Assembly: GCA_963675295.2 (NCBI GenBank)
Contig: CAXXKJ010000002.1
Coordinates: 1,984,001 to 2,048,000 of the forward strand
Length of the DNA stretch: 64,000 nt
Reading direction: 5' to 3'
From: a bacterium
GTDB taxonomy: Bacteria; Electryoneota; Electryoneia; Electryoneales; Electryoneaceae
Positions within the stretch are counted from its first letter, which is position 1. Every line of letters starts with the position of its first letter. The notes beneath the pieces were generated by a model. That model had not been told where the DNA came from. It saw nothing but the letters and a program-made list of their open reading frames with translations, and did no database searches. Shown one piece after another: positions 48,454-61,144 of the stretch. A program made the position numbers and the translations under genes.

Positions 48454-49806
48454 ATGATCAATGACAAGAGCGCCACGCAGACCGTTGACAACACCTCGGA
48501 CGATACCGTCTGGGTGCATGACCTCAGCTGGGATGGACGCGGCGTCGCCCGTCGAGCCGACGGACGTGTACTGATGATCTTCGGCGCCATTCCCGGCGAC
48601 CATGTAATCCCGGAAGTCCGTCACGAACCGAACAAGGGTCCGGTGGATTGTACCATCGGCGAGCTCGTGCATGAATCCCCGCAGCGGGTTCCGCATCCGT
48701 GTCCGCACTATGCTCGCGGATGTCCGGCGTCGCAGCTGGGTGCAGTGCGTCGCGAGTTCTCACTGGACTGGAAACGCACTCATCTCGTGGAAACGCTACG
48801 GCGGATCGGCGGGCTGGACGGCGTCGTCGTCGAACCGGTGATCCCCTCGCCGAAGCAGTGGCGCTACCGTGAGCGGCTGGAGTTTCAGGTTGTGCGGAGT
48901 CAGAACGGGCTCGACATGGGCTATATCGGCCTCTCCGGACTGGTTCGGGTGTTGGATTGCCGTCTCGGCGCGACGCCGTTGATCAAGCCGTTTGCTGAAC
49001 TGCGCCGGAATCTGGACACTCTCGATTCGCATCCACATCTCGGCGACCGTGTTCCGTTGCGGCTGTTGTTGCGCGACAACGGACGCGGCGAAGCGATCGC
49101 GGTGCTGTTCGTGCTCACACGTGGGCCGGTGGACAGCGCGCCGCTCGAAGAGTGGCTGGATTCGGCCGGATTCGCCGGCTGGGAAATCCGCCGCGTGCGG
49201 AATCAGAAGCTTCGTTACATCAATTCCGAGCTGGTGATCTCGAAGGGCGATCCGACGGTGCGGATCCGCATCGCCGGACGTGATCTGATCCTGCAGGCAT
49301 CGGTGTTTTCGCAGGTCAACCGCAAGGCGGCCAACGAGCTGGTCAACCTGATGCTGGAGCAGGTGCCGGAGGAAGGACGGCTGCTCGACCTCTACGGCGG
49401 TTATGGCCGTTTCGGGATTGCGTACGCCGACCGCAGTGGCGAGGCGACGGTTGTTGATTCTGCGGCGGACGCACTGTCCGCCGGACGCGACTATGTGCGC
49501 AAAACCGGCCTGCCGGTTCAATTCCGTGACATCGATCTCGGTCGTGATGATCTGTCCGAGATTGACGCGGCTTCGTTTGACGCCGCGATTCTCGACCCGC
49601 CGCATTCCGGCGCGGACGAACAAGTCTTGGAAATGCTGAATGATCGCGGGCCGGAACGAATCATCTACGTGTCCTGTCATCCCGCCGCGCTGGCGCGTGA
49701 CCTAAAACGGTTATCGACGTACAAAACCGACCTCGTTGTCCCCATCGACATGTTCCCCTCAACCAGCGAGCTGGAAACCCTGGTCATCCTTGACCGTATC
49801 AATTGA
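48454..49806 (+). CDS. RlmD/TrmA-family RNA (uracil-5)-methyltransferase
   Basis: TRAM-like N-terminus, CPHY..GC, YRER, FSQVN, LDLYGGYG, LDPP, YVSCHPAALARD, DMFP. Confidence 0.85.
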   Translation: MINDKSATQTVDNTSDDTVWVHDLSWDGRGVARRADGRVLMIFGAIPGDHVIPEVRHEPNKGPVDCTIGELVHESPQRVPHPCPHYARGCPASQLGAVRREFSLDWKRTHLVETLRRIGGLDGVVVEPVIPSPKQWRYRERLEFQVVRSQNGLDMGYIGLSGLVRVLDCRLGATPLIKPFAELRRNLDTLDSHPHLGDRVPLRLLLRDNGRGEAIAVLFVLTRGPVDSAPLEEWLDSAGFAGWEIRRVRNQKLRYINSELVISKGDPTVRIRIAGRDLILQASVFSQVNRKAANELVNLMLEQVPEEGRLLDLYGGYGRFGIAYADRSGEATVVDSAADALSAGRDYVRKTGLPVQFRDIDLGRDDLSEIDAASFDAAILDPPHSGADEQVLEMLNDRGPERIIYVSCHPAALARDLKRLSTYKTDLVVPIDMFPSTSELETLVILDRIN

Positions 49807-49967
49807 TACGGTGCACGGTTCGTGTCGCAGTTGCCAATAGCTTCTCATCGTACGAAAACTCGTTCGTCAGGAACGCGGGCTCTCGCCTGTCGCGCTGAAT
49901 CGGTGCATTCCAGCGGGTCGGGCGCACCTCGTGTATCTTGAACGACTACAACATTTTTGGAGGAACC

Positions 49968-50999
49968 ATGTTCGACCTTCTGCGCCGGTTGACGCAGACC
50001 CCGGGTGGCCCGGGTCTGGAAGATGAGATTCGCACACTCGTACGCAGTGAACTGGAAGCGCATGTGGATGAAGTCCGCATGGACCGTCTCGGCAACCTCG
50101 ACTTCATCAAGCGGGGCAGTGGCGACGGGCCGGTGGTGATGATCGCCGCGCACATGGACCAGATCGGGTTCATGGCGACCCACGTGGACAGCAACGGGTT
50201 CATCCGTCTCAATCCGATGGGTGGATTTGACCCGCGCACAATGATGAATCAGCGTGTGATGGTCTACGGCAAGAAGCCGCTGCCGGGCGTGATGGGGTCG
50301 AAGCCGAAGCACATCCTCTCCGCGGAGGAATTGAAGAAACCGATGAAGGTGAAGGATTATTTCGTCGACGTCGGCCTGCCCGGTGACACGGTCAAGGAGC
50401 TGGTCAAGACCGGCGACCGCATCCTCTGGATGGGTGACTGCATCGAAATGGGTGACATGTACTGTTCCCGTGCGATGGATGACCGCATCGGCGTGCTGTT
50501 GATGATCGAGGCGATGAAGCGGGTGAAGAATCCGTCGGCAACGATTCACGCAGTCGCCACGGTGCAGGAAGAAGTCGGGATTCGCGGCGCGTGGGCGTCG
50601 GCGGCGCAGATCAAGCCGGACATCGGCCTCGCGCTGGATGTGACCATCGCCAACGACGTTCCCGGTTCGCCGGAACACGAAGCGGTGACGAAGATGGGCG
50701 ACGGCATCGCGATCAAGCTGATGGATGGGGCGTCGATCTCGTCATTCAAGCTGGTGCGTCACCTGGAAGATGTCGCGGACGCCAACGGCATCAAGCATCA
50801 GCGTGAAATCCTGCCCGCGGGTGGAACGGACGCCGGTGCGATCTGGCGAGTTCCCGGTGGAGCGCATGTTTGCACGTTGTCCGTACCGAGCCGCTATGTC
50901 CATTCGACGGTTGAGCTGGTGCACAAGGAAGATGTGGAAGGCGGAGTGAAGCTGCTGGCGGCGTGGCTGGAAGTCGTTGGTGAACGTGACTACGCCTGA
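49968..50999 (+). CDS. M42 family metallopeptidase (aminopeptidase)
   Basis: AAHMDQIG, DDRIG, QEEVGIRGA, GGTDAG, RYVHS. Confidence 0.92.
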   Translation: MFDLLRRLTQTPGGPGLEDEIRTLVRSELEAHVDEVRMDRLGNLDFIKRGSGDGPVVMIAAHMDQIGFMATHVDSNGFIRLNPMGGFDPRTMMNQRVMVYGKKPLPGVMGSKPKHILSAEELKKPMKVKDYFVDVGLPGDTVKELVKTGDRILWMGDCIEMGDMYCSRAMDDRIGVLLMIEAMKRVKNPSATIHAVATVQEEVGIRGAWASAAQIKPDIGLALDVTIANDVPGSPEHEAVTKMGDGIAIKLMDGASISSFKLVRHLEDVADANGIKHQREILPAGGTDAGAIWRVPGGAHVCTLSVPSRYVHSTVELVHKEDVEGGVKLLAAWLEVVGERDYA

Positions 51000-51027
51000 G
51001 CGGTAGAGTGTTGCAGGAGTGAAGCGT

Positions 51028-51477
51028 ATGGTTGACCCGGAAAAACGCCCTCACGCGAACATGATGCCGGATTCCGATTCGGATTTCGACATCTATTTCG
51101 AGTACCTCGTCGGATCGTATCGTCCGGCGATGTTGAACAAATCGCGTGAGTGGCACCCGGCGGCGGATGTCTACGAGACGGACACCTGTGTGATGATCAA
51201 GGTGGACATCGCCGGGATCGACAAGAAGGACGTGCAGTTGACCTTGGACAAGGATCGGCTGACGTTGCAGGGCGTGCGGCACGAGACGGTCGAGAGCGAC
51301 CGAAAGCGGATGCTGGCGATGGAGGTGCCGTACGGTGCGTTCCGCCGCGTCTTCGAACTGCCCGCTCCAGTTTGCGCGGACAACGCAACCGCTGACTACA
51401 AGGACGGAATGCTCACCATCCGGCTGCGCAAGCGGGAAAAACCGCTGCAGCGCAAGATGGTTGTCAAAATTTACTGA
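51028..51477 (+). CDS. Hsp20/alpha-crystallin small heat-shock protein
   Basis: WHPAADVYET, DIAG, YGAFRR.FELP, ADYKDGMLTI; AGGAG SD favours ATG 51028. Confidence 0.9.
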   Translation: MVDPEKRPHANMMPDSDSDFDIYFEYLVGSYRPAMLNKSREWHPAADVYETDTCVMIKVDIAGIDKKDVQLTLDKDRLTLQGVRHETVESDRKRMLAMEVPYGAFRRVFELPAPVCADNATADYKDGMLTIRLRKREKPLQRKMVVKIY

Positions 51478-51489
51478 GGCAGATTAACG

Positions 51490-53991
<2,502 letters not shown>

Positions 53992-54021
53992 GACTATCGC
54001 TTGACAACCCTCGGGGGATTG

Positions 54022-54792
54022 ATGCAGAAGCGCAAGCTGGGCCTGGTAGTACTCTTTGCGGCGTTGGTTTTCGCCGGTTTCAACGGTTGCCAGCAGGCTC
54101 CGAAGACCCAACCCGATGACCGGTTCGACCTGAGCAAGCTGAAGACGCCGGCGACGTACTACTACCAGATGCAGGATACGGTGCAAGTTTACGGCAAGAT
54201 GAAGCAGGAGCTGAATCGTGTCAGCGAGGACGGTCGCGACCTGATCAGGATCGACTTTGACATCTATGGTGGTGTCTCGGGAGAGACCGAGCTCCGGTTC
54301 GACGCCAACAGCGGAGCCATGGTCAGCATGCTGTCGAAACAGGAGTTCCGTGGCCAGACGATGAACAACAACTCCTACTACGAAGACGGCCAGGTGGTGC
54401 GGATCATGGATACGCCGATGAAGGCGACCCAGGACACCTTGCACATGAACGTTCCACCACACACCTATGACTGGATGCAGGCGAGCTTCCTGATTCAGAC
54501 GATGGACCTTGAGTCGATGATTGGCGACACGACGCAAATGACGTTTTATCAGGGATTTGGCCGTGCGTTTGTCGATACGGCGGACGTGACCGTGGTTGGC
54601 CGTGAAGCGGTGAGCGTGCCCGCTGGCGATTTTGACGCGTATCGCGTTCACCTCGATTTCCACGACTCGCAGGCCGATTTCTTCATCCAGGCAGATGGTG
54701 ACGGGAAGGTTTTGAAGCACATCGTGCCATCCCAAGGCGGCGGACTTGCGACGGTTCTCATTCCGGATTCTTTGGGAATGAAGGAAGAGTAA
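54022..54792 (+). CDS. Putative lipoprotein, DUF3108-like
   Basis: Lipobox-like FNGC; VVGREAVSVPAGDFDAY motif. Confidence 0.6.
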   Translation: MQKRKLGLVVLFAALVFAGFNGCQQAPKTQPDDRFDLSKLKTPATYYYQMQDTVQVYGKMKQELNRVSEDGRDLIRIDFDIYGGVSGETELRFDANSGAMVSMLSKQEFRGQTMNNNSYYEDGQVVRIMDTPMKATQDTLHMNVPPHTYDWMQASFLIQTMDLESMIGDTTQMTFYQGFGRAFVDTADVTVVGREAVSVPAGDFDAYRVHLDFHDSQADFFIQADGDGKVLKHIVPSQGGGLATVLIPDSLGMKEE

Positions 54793-54920
54793 ACGATCTC
54801 TCACATTTGCTCTGCGAATTGGAGATTTTAACCGGGTAGGGTGATTCAGCAGAACTCTCTTCTTGACTTGTATGGTGCGAAGAGACTACGTTCCGTGGGC
54901 ACGGATCGTGGGGAGGTACC

Positions 54921-55292
54921 ATGGCAGTCACCGTGGAACGTCTGCTCGAGCAGATGCTACGTGAACAGCGTGAGATGTTGGAAGAGCAGAAGCGGATCAA
55001 CCGGCTGCTGAGATTTGTTGCGCACCGGCAGGCCCGTGAGTTGATCGAAACGCAGCTTGAGAAGAGCATCGAACGCCGTGTGTATGAGTTGTCGGACGGT
55101 ATTCGATCCTCGCGTGAGATTGAAAAGCTTGTCAACAAGGAAGTCACCCAGCGCACAGTGGTGACTTGGTGGCAGAAATGGCGCCGGCTTGGCCTTGTTG
55201 AACAATCGCCCAATTATTCCGGCCGCATGATGAAGGTGATGCCGTTGGAGGAGTTGGGACTGTCGACGGATGTCAACGAACATCTCGATTGA
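54921..55292 (+). CDS. Small coiled-coil plus winged-HTH-like protein of unknown function
   Basis: GGAGG SD; RRVYELSDGIRSSREIEK...VVTWWQKWRRLGLV; own promoter (TTGACT-N18-TACGTT, 54863-54892) and terminator. Confidence 0.7.
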   Translation: MAVTVERLLEQMLREQREMLEEQKRINRLLRFVAHRQARELIETQLEKSIERRVYELSDGIRSSREIEKLVNKEVTQRTVVTWWQKWRRLGLVEQSPNYSGRMMKVMPLEELGLSTDVNEHLD

Positions 55293-55317
55293 CACCGTCG
55301 TTGAAAACCTCGATGTT

Positions 55318-55352
55318 ACCCCGGAGGAGATATTCGTCCGGGGTCTTTTTTT
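55318..55352 (+). terminator. Rho-independent terminator
   Basis: ACCCCGGA...TCCGGGGT followed by CTTTTTTT. Confidence 0.7.
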
Positions 55353-55373
55353 GCTCAGTCGCAGGCGGATCAG

Positions 55374-56849
55374 GTGAAGCAAGAAGGTGCGGAAAACGGG
55401 TTGCGAGATGGTGACCTCAAGCGGGTGCTGCTGCCGGAGCATGTCTCGTTGCAGAGCGGAGTTCTCTACGCCTGGTGGGTGAAACATCAGCGTTCCGGCA
55501 CGGATGAGAAACTGCTGCTAGCGGTCAGCGGCGGTTGCGACTCGATGGCCTTGCTGCACCTGTGTTTGCCGCCTGAACGGGAACGTCAGCGCGTCGTTGT
55601 TGCCCATGTGCATCACGGCACCGGCGAGTTTGCCGATCAGGCGTACAAGCTTCTTGCATCCGAGTGCCGCAAGTTGAAATTGCCGCAACTCACGCGGCGG
55701 GTGAGCATCACAGAAGAGCGCAGGAAGCAGTCAGGCTTCGAGGCGGCGGCCCGTGAAGCGCGTTACGCGGCGCTTGAACAGATTGCCGCTGAATCGAATG
55801 CCTCGGTCGTGTTCACGGCTCACACGGCGGACGATCTCGCCGAAGGGTTTCTGCTCAATGCGATGCGCGGCGCGAGTGTGAGTGGACTGTCCGGTGCCCG
55901 GGCGGTGCGCAGTCGCTGGATTCGGCCGTTGCTCAACCGGACTCGCGCGGAGCTGCGCGAGTTTGCTGAACGGACGGGGATTCCGTTCCTTGACGACCCG
56001 GCGAACGCGGACGAACGGTACACGCGGGTTGCGGTCCGGCGGAAGCTGGGACCGTTGATCCGTGAACAGTTTGGCGATGGTGCGTGGCGCAACCTCGCAC
56101 GCACGGCGTTGCACCTGCAGCAGGCCGATTCGGCGCTGGAAACGGAAGCCGCGCGAACGTATCGGCAGGTCTTGCGGCGGAGGACTCCCGGCTGGGCGTC
56201 TATTGATGCTCGGAGGCTCGTCGGGTATCTTGATGAGCTGGTATTTCGTGTTCTGAGATGTAGTTTGGCGGACGTTCTCAACGCCGATCCGGGCGAGCTA
56301 TACATCGACCGGAAAGACCATGGGCGTCTGCTGAACCTTGCACGGACACGGAAGTCCGGTACATCCCGCGTGATCGCGGGAGTGACGATTACGGTTCGCG
56401 ATGATCTGGAACTGTCGGTGTACGACGAATCGACCCGGATCAGGATGAGCCTGCCGGGTCATGTTGTCTTGCCGGATGGCTCCGAGGTCCACGCGGAGCT
56501 CGAAACGGTGAATCCCGGCGCGGTTTCGCGAGTACAAGGCAGTGAGCGGCCGGGTTTTATCGAACGCTTGGACGCGGACGCGGTCGGGCAGGATGTGACC
56601 GTGCAGCCGTGGCAACGCGGGGATACGTTTCACCCGTTCGGGTCGCGGCATGACAGTGTGCGTGTGGTTCGCCGGTTGCGGCGACCTGCGCATGAACGAA
56701 CTGGCCCATTGTGGGTCATGCGGACGGACGGCGGCCAGATCGCCTGGGTGTTGGGCGAACGGATCGCGGAGCCGTACCGTGTAACAGATAAATCTCGCAG
56801 GATTTTAGTCTTCCGATATGACCCTCCGGCAATGAAACCGGAAGGGTGA
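55374..56849 (+). CDS. tilS: tRNA(Ile)-lysidine synthetase
   Basis: AVSGGCDS PP-loop, EAAAREARY, TAHTADD, IRPLL, DDPAN, C-terminal GDTFHPFG; exact start uncertain. Confidence 0.88.
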   Translation: MKQEGAENGLRDGDLKRVLLPEHVSLQSGVLYAWWVKHQRSGTDEKLLLAVSGGCDSMALLHLCLPPERERQRVVVAHVHHGTGEFADQAYKLLASECRKLKLPQLTRRVSITEERRKQSGFEAAAREARYAALEQIAAESNASVVFTAHTADDLAEGFLLNAMRGASVSGLSGARAVRSRWIRPLLNRTRAELREFAERTGIPFLDDPANADERYTRVAVRRKLGPLIREQFGDGAWRNLARTALHLQQADSALETEAARTYRQVLRRRTPGWASIDARRLVGYLDELVFRVLRCSLADVLNADPGELYIDRKDHGRLLNLARTRKSGTSRVIAGVTITVRDDLELSVYDESTRIRMSLPGHVVLPDGSEVHAELETVNPGAVSRVQGSERPGFIERLDADAVGQDVTVQPWQRGDTFHPFGSRHDSVRVVRRLRRPAHERTGPLWVMRTDGGQIAWVLGERIAEPYRVTDKSRRILVFRYDPPAMKPEG

Positions 56850-56861
56850 ACAGGAAAAAGC

Positions 56862-58994
56862 ATGGCGGAGAAGAAAACGCCTGAGCCCCCTCAGGCACCA
56901 AAGGGTCCACGCAAGGACTCGGATGACAACTTCGACTGGCGTCGCGCCGGCCGAACCCTGGCATTCTGGATTTTCCTGATCCTCGTGGTCATCGTTATAT
57001 CGACGTATCTCGGACCGTCCCAGGAAGAAGCCAACCTCATCGAGTATTCCGATCCCAGCGGCATGGGGTACCGTGAATACCTCGAGAACGATCGGTTCAC
57101 CGAAGCCGTCGTCACCGAACGCGAATTTGTCGGTACCCTCGATGCGCCCGATGAGAAGGGCAACACGAAGGTGCGGACGGTGCTGCCGTTGATCAGCGAG
57201 GATGTGATCGCCGAATGGCAACAGCACGGCCTCAAGATCGAGTTCAAGGAGAAGGCGACAAACTGGATCGGGATGCTGCTCACCTCGATCCTGCCGTGGA
57301 TCATTCTCATCGGTTTGTGGCTGTTCTTCATGAGGCGGATGACGCAGGGCGCGAACCGCGGCATCTTCACCTTCGGGAAGTCGAAGGCGAAATTGATGAC
57401 CGAGGAACGCTCGAAGGTCACCTTCGAAGACGTCGCTGGCGGCGACGAAGCGAAGGAAGAGCTGCAGGAAATTATCCAGTTCCTCAAGGACCCGAAGAAG
57501 TTCCAGCGTCTCGGCGGCCGGATTCCGAAGGGCGCGTTGCTCGTCGGTCCTCCGGGAACGGGCAAGACGTTGATGGCGAAGGCCGTCGCCGGTGAAGCCG
57601 GTGTGCCATTCTTCTCAATGAGCGGCGCGGACTTCGTGGAAATGTTTGTCGGTGTTGGCGCGAGCCGTGTGCGTGACCTGTTTGAGCAGGGCAAGCGCCA
57701 CGCGCCGTGCATCATCTTCATCGACGAAATCGACGCCGTCGGACGTCAGCGCGGCGCCGGTCTCGGCGGCGGTCATGACGAACGCGAGCAGACGCTGAAC
57801 CAGTTGCTGGTCGAGATGGACGGATTTGAGTCGAATGAAGGCGTGATTCTCATCGCCGCGACGAACCGTCCGGACGTGCTCGATCCGGCACTGCTGCGTC
57901 CGGGCCGTTTCGACCGCCAGATCGTGGTTGATCGTCCGGATGTACGTGGCCGTGAAGGCATTCTCAAGGTGCACTCGAAGAACATCCCGTTGGCGGCGGA
58001 TGTTGATCTTAATGTGTTGGCGAAGGGCACGCCCGGCCTGGCTGGCGCGGATCTCGCGAACCTTGTCAACGAAGCGGCGTTACTGGCTGCTCGCCGAAAT
58101 GGCACCAAGGTCAACATGCGTGACTTTGAGGACGCCAAGGACAAGGTGATGATGGGCACCGAGCGCCGCAGTATGCTGATCAGCGATGAGGAGAAGAAGC
58201 TGACGGCGTACCATGAGGCGGGGCATGTGTTGGTCGCCAAGCTGTTGCCGGGGTCTGATCCGGTGCACAAGGTGACAATCATTCCGCGCGGTCGTGCGTT
58301 GGGTGTGACTCATTACCTGCCGATCGACGAAAAGCACAGCTGGAACAAGCGCTACATTGAGAACAAGATGGTTCATCTCGCCGGCGGTCGTGCGGCGGAG
58401 ATGCTGATCTTCGAGGATTATACCAACGGCGCGGCGTCCGACATCAAGCAGGCGACGGAGATCGCCCGGCGGATGGTGTGCGAATGGGGCATGAGCGACA
58501 AGGTCGGCCCGATCGCGTTGGGTGGACGTGACCAGGAAGTCTTCATCGGCCGCGATTTTGGCCATCAGAAAGACTACTCGGAAGCGACGGCGCTGGAGAT
58601 TGATCGCGAGATCAAGCGTTTCGTGATGGCGGCGCAAAATCATGCAATCGACCTGCTCAGCAACAACATGGACAAGCTGCATGTCCTGTCCAACGCGTTG
58701 CTCGACCGGGAAATCCTTGACGGTGAGGAGATCGACAAGATTCTCGCCGGTGAGGAATTGCCGAAGGTGCAGCCCCGGGTGGATGAACAGTCCGCCGACG
58801 AGGACAAGCCGGAAGACAAGGCTGATTCCAAGCGTTCGGATTCGGACCGACTCCGCGAAGTCGACGAGGTTCTACAGAAGATCAAGGGTGACGGATCGGA
58901 CCAGCCGAAGGATGACGCACCGAAGACGAACGGGCAGAACAATTCGGATTCCGATAGCGATACTGCTGCGGACGACGACAAGACCAAGTCCTGA
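56862..58994 (+). CDS. ftsH: ATP-dependent zinc metalloprotease FtsH
   Basis: Two TMs, [27 protein letters not shown]. Confidence 0.98.
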   Translation: MAEKKTPEPPQAPKGPRKDSDDNFDWRRAGRTLAFWIFLILVVIVISTYLGPSQEEANLIEYSDPSGMGYREYLENDRFTEAVVTEREFVGTLDAPDEKGNTKVRTVLPLISEDVIAEWQQHGLKIEFKEKATNWIGMLLTSILPWIILIGLWLFFMRRMTQGANRGIFTFGKSKAKLMTEERSKVTFEDVAGGDEAKEELQEIIQFLKDPKKFQRLGGRIPKGALLVGPPGTGKTLMAKAVAGEAGVPFFSMSGADFVEMFVGVGASRVRDLFEQGKRHAPCIIFIDEIDAVGRQRGAGLGGGHDEREQTLNQLLVEMDGFESNEGVILIAATNRPDVLDPALLRPGRFDRQIVVDRPDVRGREGILKVHSKNIPLAADVDLNVLAKGTPGLAGADLANLVNEAALLAARRNGTKVNMRDFEDAKDKVMMGTERRSMLISDEEKKLTAYHEAGHVLVAKLLPGSDPVHKVTIIPRGRALGVTHYLPIDEKHSWNKRYIENKMVHLAGGRAAEMLIFEDYTNGAASDIKQATEIARRMVCEWGMSDKVGPIALGGRDQEVFIGRDFGHQKDYSEATALEIDREIKRFVMAAQNHAIDLLSNNMDKLHVLSNALLDREILDGEEIDKILAGEELPKVQPRVDEQSADEDKPEDKADSKRSDSDRLREVDEVLQKIKGDGSDQPKDDAPKTNGQNNSDSDSDTAADDDKTKS

Positions 58995-59113
58995 TTCGTT
59001 CAGGTTGGGATAGAGTGAGTGACGGCGATGTTTCGGCATCGCCGTTTCTGTTGCCGACGAGGGATTACCTGTAACGCCGCAAGGACGTATCGCCGGGATA
59101 TGAGGACCCTTGG

Positions 59114-59941
59114 ATGAAACGCACAGCGCTGCCGTTTGGCTCACCCACACAGGTGATGGGCATCGTCAACGTGACGCCGGACAGTTTTCACGACGGTGGC
59201 CGTCACAACTCGGTTGACACCGCGATCGAACATGGCGTGCGGTTGGTGGAGGAAGGCGCTGCGGTGCTTGATATCGGTGGCGAGTCAACTCGTCCCGGCG
59301 CGGCAGAAGTCAGTGTGGCGGATGAGCTGGAACGTGTGTTGCCGGTGGTGGAGGGCCTGAAGCGGCGGGTGAACGTTCCCGTTTCGGTGGACACGTGGAA
59401 GACGTCCGTTGCTGAGCAGGTTCTCGCGGCGGGTGCGGACTGGATCAACGACATCAGCGGCGGAGTCCGTGATCCACGTATTTTGAGTGTGGTGGCGTCG
59501 GCGGGGGTTCCGTATGTTGCGATGCACATGCGTGGCACCCCGGCGACGATGCAGACGATGACCGATTACGGCGACTTGATCGCCGAGATCAAGGCGTATT
59601 TCGTCGAACGGATTCAGGCGTTCGAAGCCGCTGGCGGCCAGCGCGAGATGATGATCCTCGACCCGGGGATCGGATTCGCGAAGAAGCCGGCGGACAACTA
59701 CACACTGCTGGCGAACCTGTCGGAGTTTCGTGAGCTCGGCTTGCCTCTGCTGGTTGGCCCCTCGCGTAAGAGCTTTCTTAAACTTGCTGGCGGGGAAGAA
59801 ACGGCAGACCGTCTCCCGGGCACGTTGGCGGCGATCACCATTTGCGCGCTGGCGGGTGTGGAAATTGTGCGTGTGCATGATGTCGCGGAAACGGTTCAAG
59901 CGGTGAATGTGGCCCGGCGTACACTGGCGGGCAGACGATAG
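59114..59941 (+). CDS. folP: Dihydropteroate synthase
   Basis: MGIVNVTPDSF, GGESTRPG, DPGIGF, SRKSF, VRVHDV. Confidence 0.96.
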   Translation: MKRTALPFGSPTQVMGIVNVTPDSFHDGGRHNSVDTAIEHGVRLVEEGAAVLDIGGESTRPGAAEVSVADELERVLPVVEGLKRRVNVPVSVDTWKTSVAEQVLAAGADWINDISGGVRDPRILSVVASAGVPYVAMHMRGTPATMQTMTDYGDLIAEIKAYFVERIQAFEAAGGQREMMILDPGIGFAKKPADNYTLLANLSEFRELGLPLLVGPSRKSFLKLAGGEETADRLPGTLAAITICALAGVEIVRVHDVAETVQAVNVARRTLAGRR

Positions 59942-59958
59942 AAGGGGAGTGACACTCC

Positions 59959-60834
59959 ATGGCGAAATGGTTTCAGCGGGAAAAGGACAACCTTCAGGGC
60001 GCGAAGAAGCGTGACATGCCGGAAGGCGTGTGGATCAAGTGCCCCTCCTGCGATAACGTACTATTCAGCCGCAAGATCGAGCGCAACTGGCATGTTTGCA
60101 ACGAATGCGGCCATCACATGCGCATGCCCGCGCCGAAGTATGTGCAGCTGCTCTCCGACGAAGGCACGTGGACAGAGATCGACAAGGATATGAAGTCGCT
60201 CGACCCGCTCGGCTTCAAGGACAGCAAGCGGTATGTCGACCGCGTCGCAGCCGGGCAGAAGAAGACCGGACGCGCTGATGCCGTGATCACCGGTTCGTGC
60301 GAGCTGCACGGGCATGGCGTGGTAATCGGCGTGATGGATTTCCAGTTTCTCGGCGGAAGTGTTGGCAGTGTGGTCGGCGAAAAGATCGCGCGCGCCGTGG
60401 ACAAGGCGCTCGAATTGGAGCAACCGCTGATTCTCGTGTCCTGCAGCGGCGGGATGCGGATGCAGGAGGGCATCATCAGCCTGATGCAGATGGCGAAGAC
60501 GTCGGCCCGGCTAAGTCGTCTCGGCCAGGCGGGGTTGCCGTTTATCAGCGTGCTCACCGACCCGACCACGGGCGGCACGACGGCCTCGTTCTCGATGCTC
60601 GGCGACGTCAACATCGCCGAACCGGGCGCGTTGATCGGATTCGCCGGCCCGCGTGTGATCAAGCAGACCATCGGTCAGGATCTGCCGGAAGGTTTCCAGC
60701 GCAGCGAATTCCTGATGGAAACCGGGTTCCTTGATCAGGTGGTGCCGCGTCTCGAGTTGAAGGACCGGATTGCCGAGTTCATCAGCTGGATGACGGGTGA
60801 GAAAACAAAGAAGGTGGCGGAGCAGGCGGAATAG
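59959..60834 (+). CDS. accD: Acetyl-CoA carboxylase carboxyltransferase beta subunit
   Basis: CPSC...CNECG zinc finger, GGSVGSVVGEK, GGMRMQEG, IGFAGPRVI. Confidence 0.96.
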   Translation: MAKWFQREKDNLQGAKKRDMPEGVWIKCPSCDNVLFSRKIERNWHVCNECGHHMRMPAPKYVQLLSDEGTWTEIDKDMKSLDPLGFKDSKRYVDRVAAGQKKTGRADAVITGSCELHGHGVVIGVMDFQFLGGSVGSVVGEKIARAVDKALELEQPLILVSCSGGMRMQEGIISLMQMAKTSARLSRLGQAGLPFISVLTDPTTGGTTASFSMLGDVNIAEPGALIGFAGPRVIKQTIGQDLPEGFQRSEFLMETGFLDQVVPRLELKDRIAEFISWMTGEKTKKVAEQAE

Positions 60835-60888
60835 GCCGATCCAGCCGCAACCAAAGGTGGAAACGAGCAAGCCACGAGATTGATTTCC

Positions 60889-60922
60889 AAAGCGCATCCG
60901 AGATGATGCGCTTTTTTCTTTT
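60889..60922 (+). terminator. Rho-independent terminator after accD
   Basis: AAAGCGCATC-cgagat-GATGCGCTTT followed by a T-run. Confidence 0.8.
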
Positions 60923-61144
60923 GGACAAGATGAGTCAGCTGCGGTGGATTTGTCGGAAGCTGAGCCATCCGTTTGGGCTTCCGGCTCAAGGGGCGCTACA
61001 TTGCGCGGTCCACTTCTCAGTGGCGCGAGGGATGGGGGAGACCGTTCCTGCACAGTATTCGGTAAGAAACAGTTCACATAGACACAGGGCACCGGGCACG
61101 GCGATGATGCATTGATCGTGTGCCGGAAGGTGGGAGGACAAAAC

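Noticed and set aside
51000-51027. CIRCE/HrcA operator before hsp20-lon
   Set aside because: Only a partial GAGTG half-site, with no inverted partner
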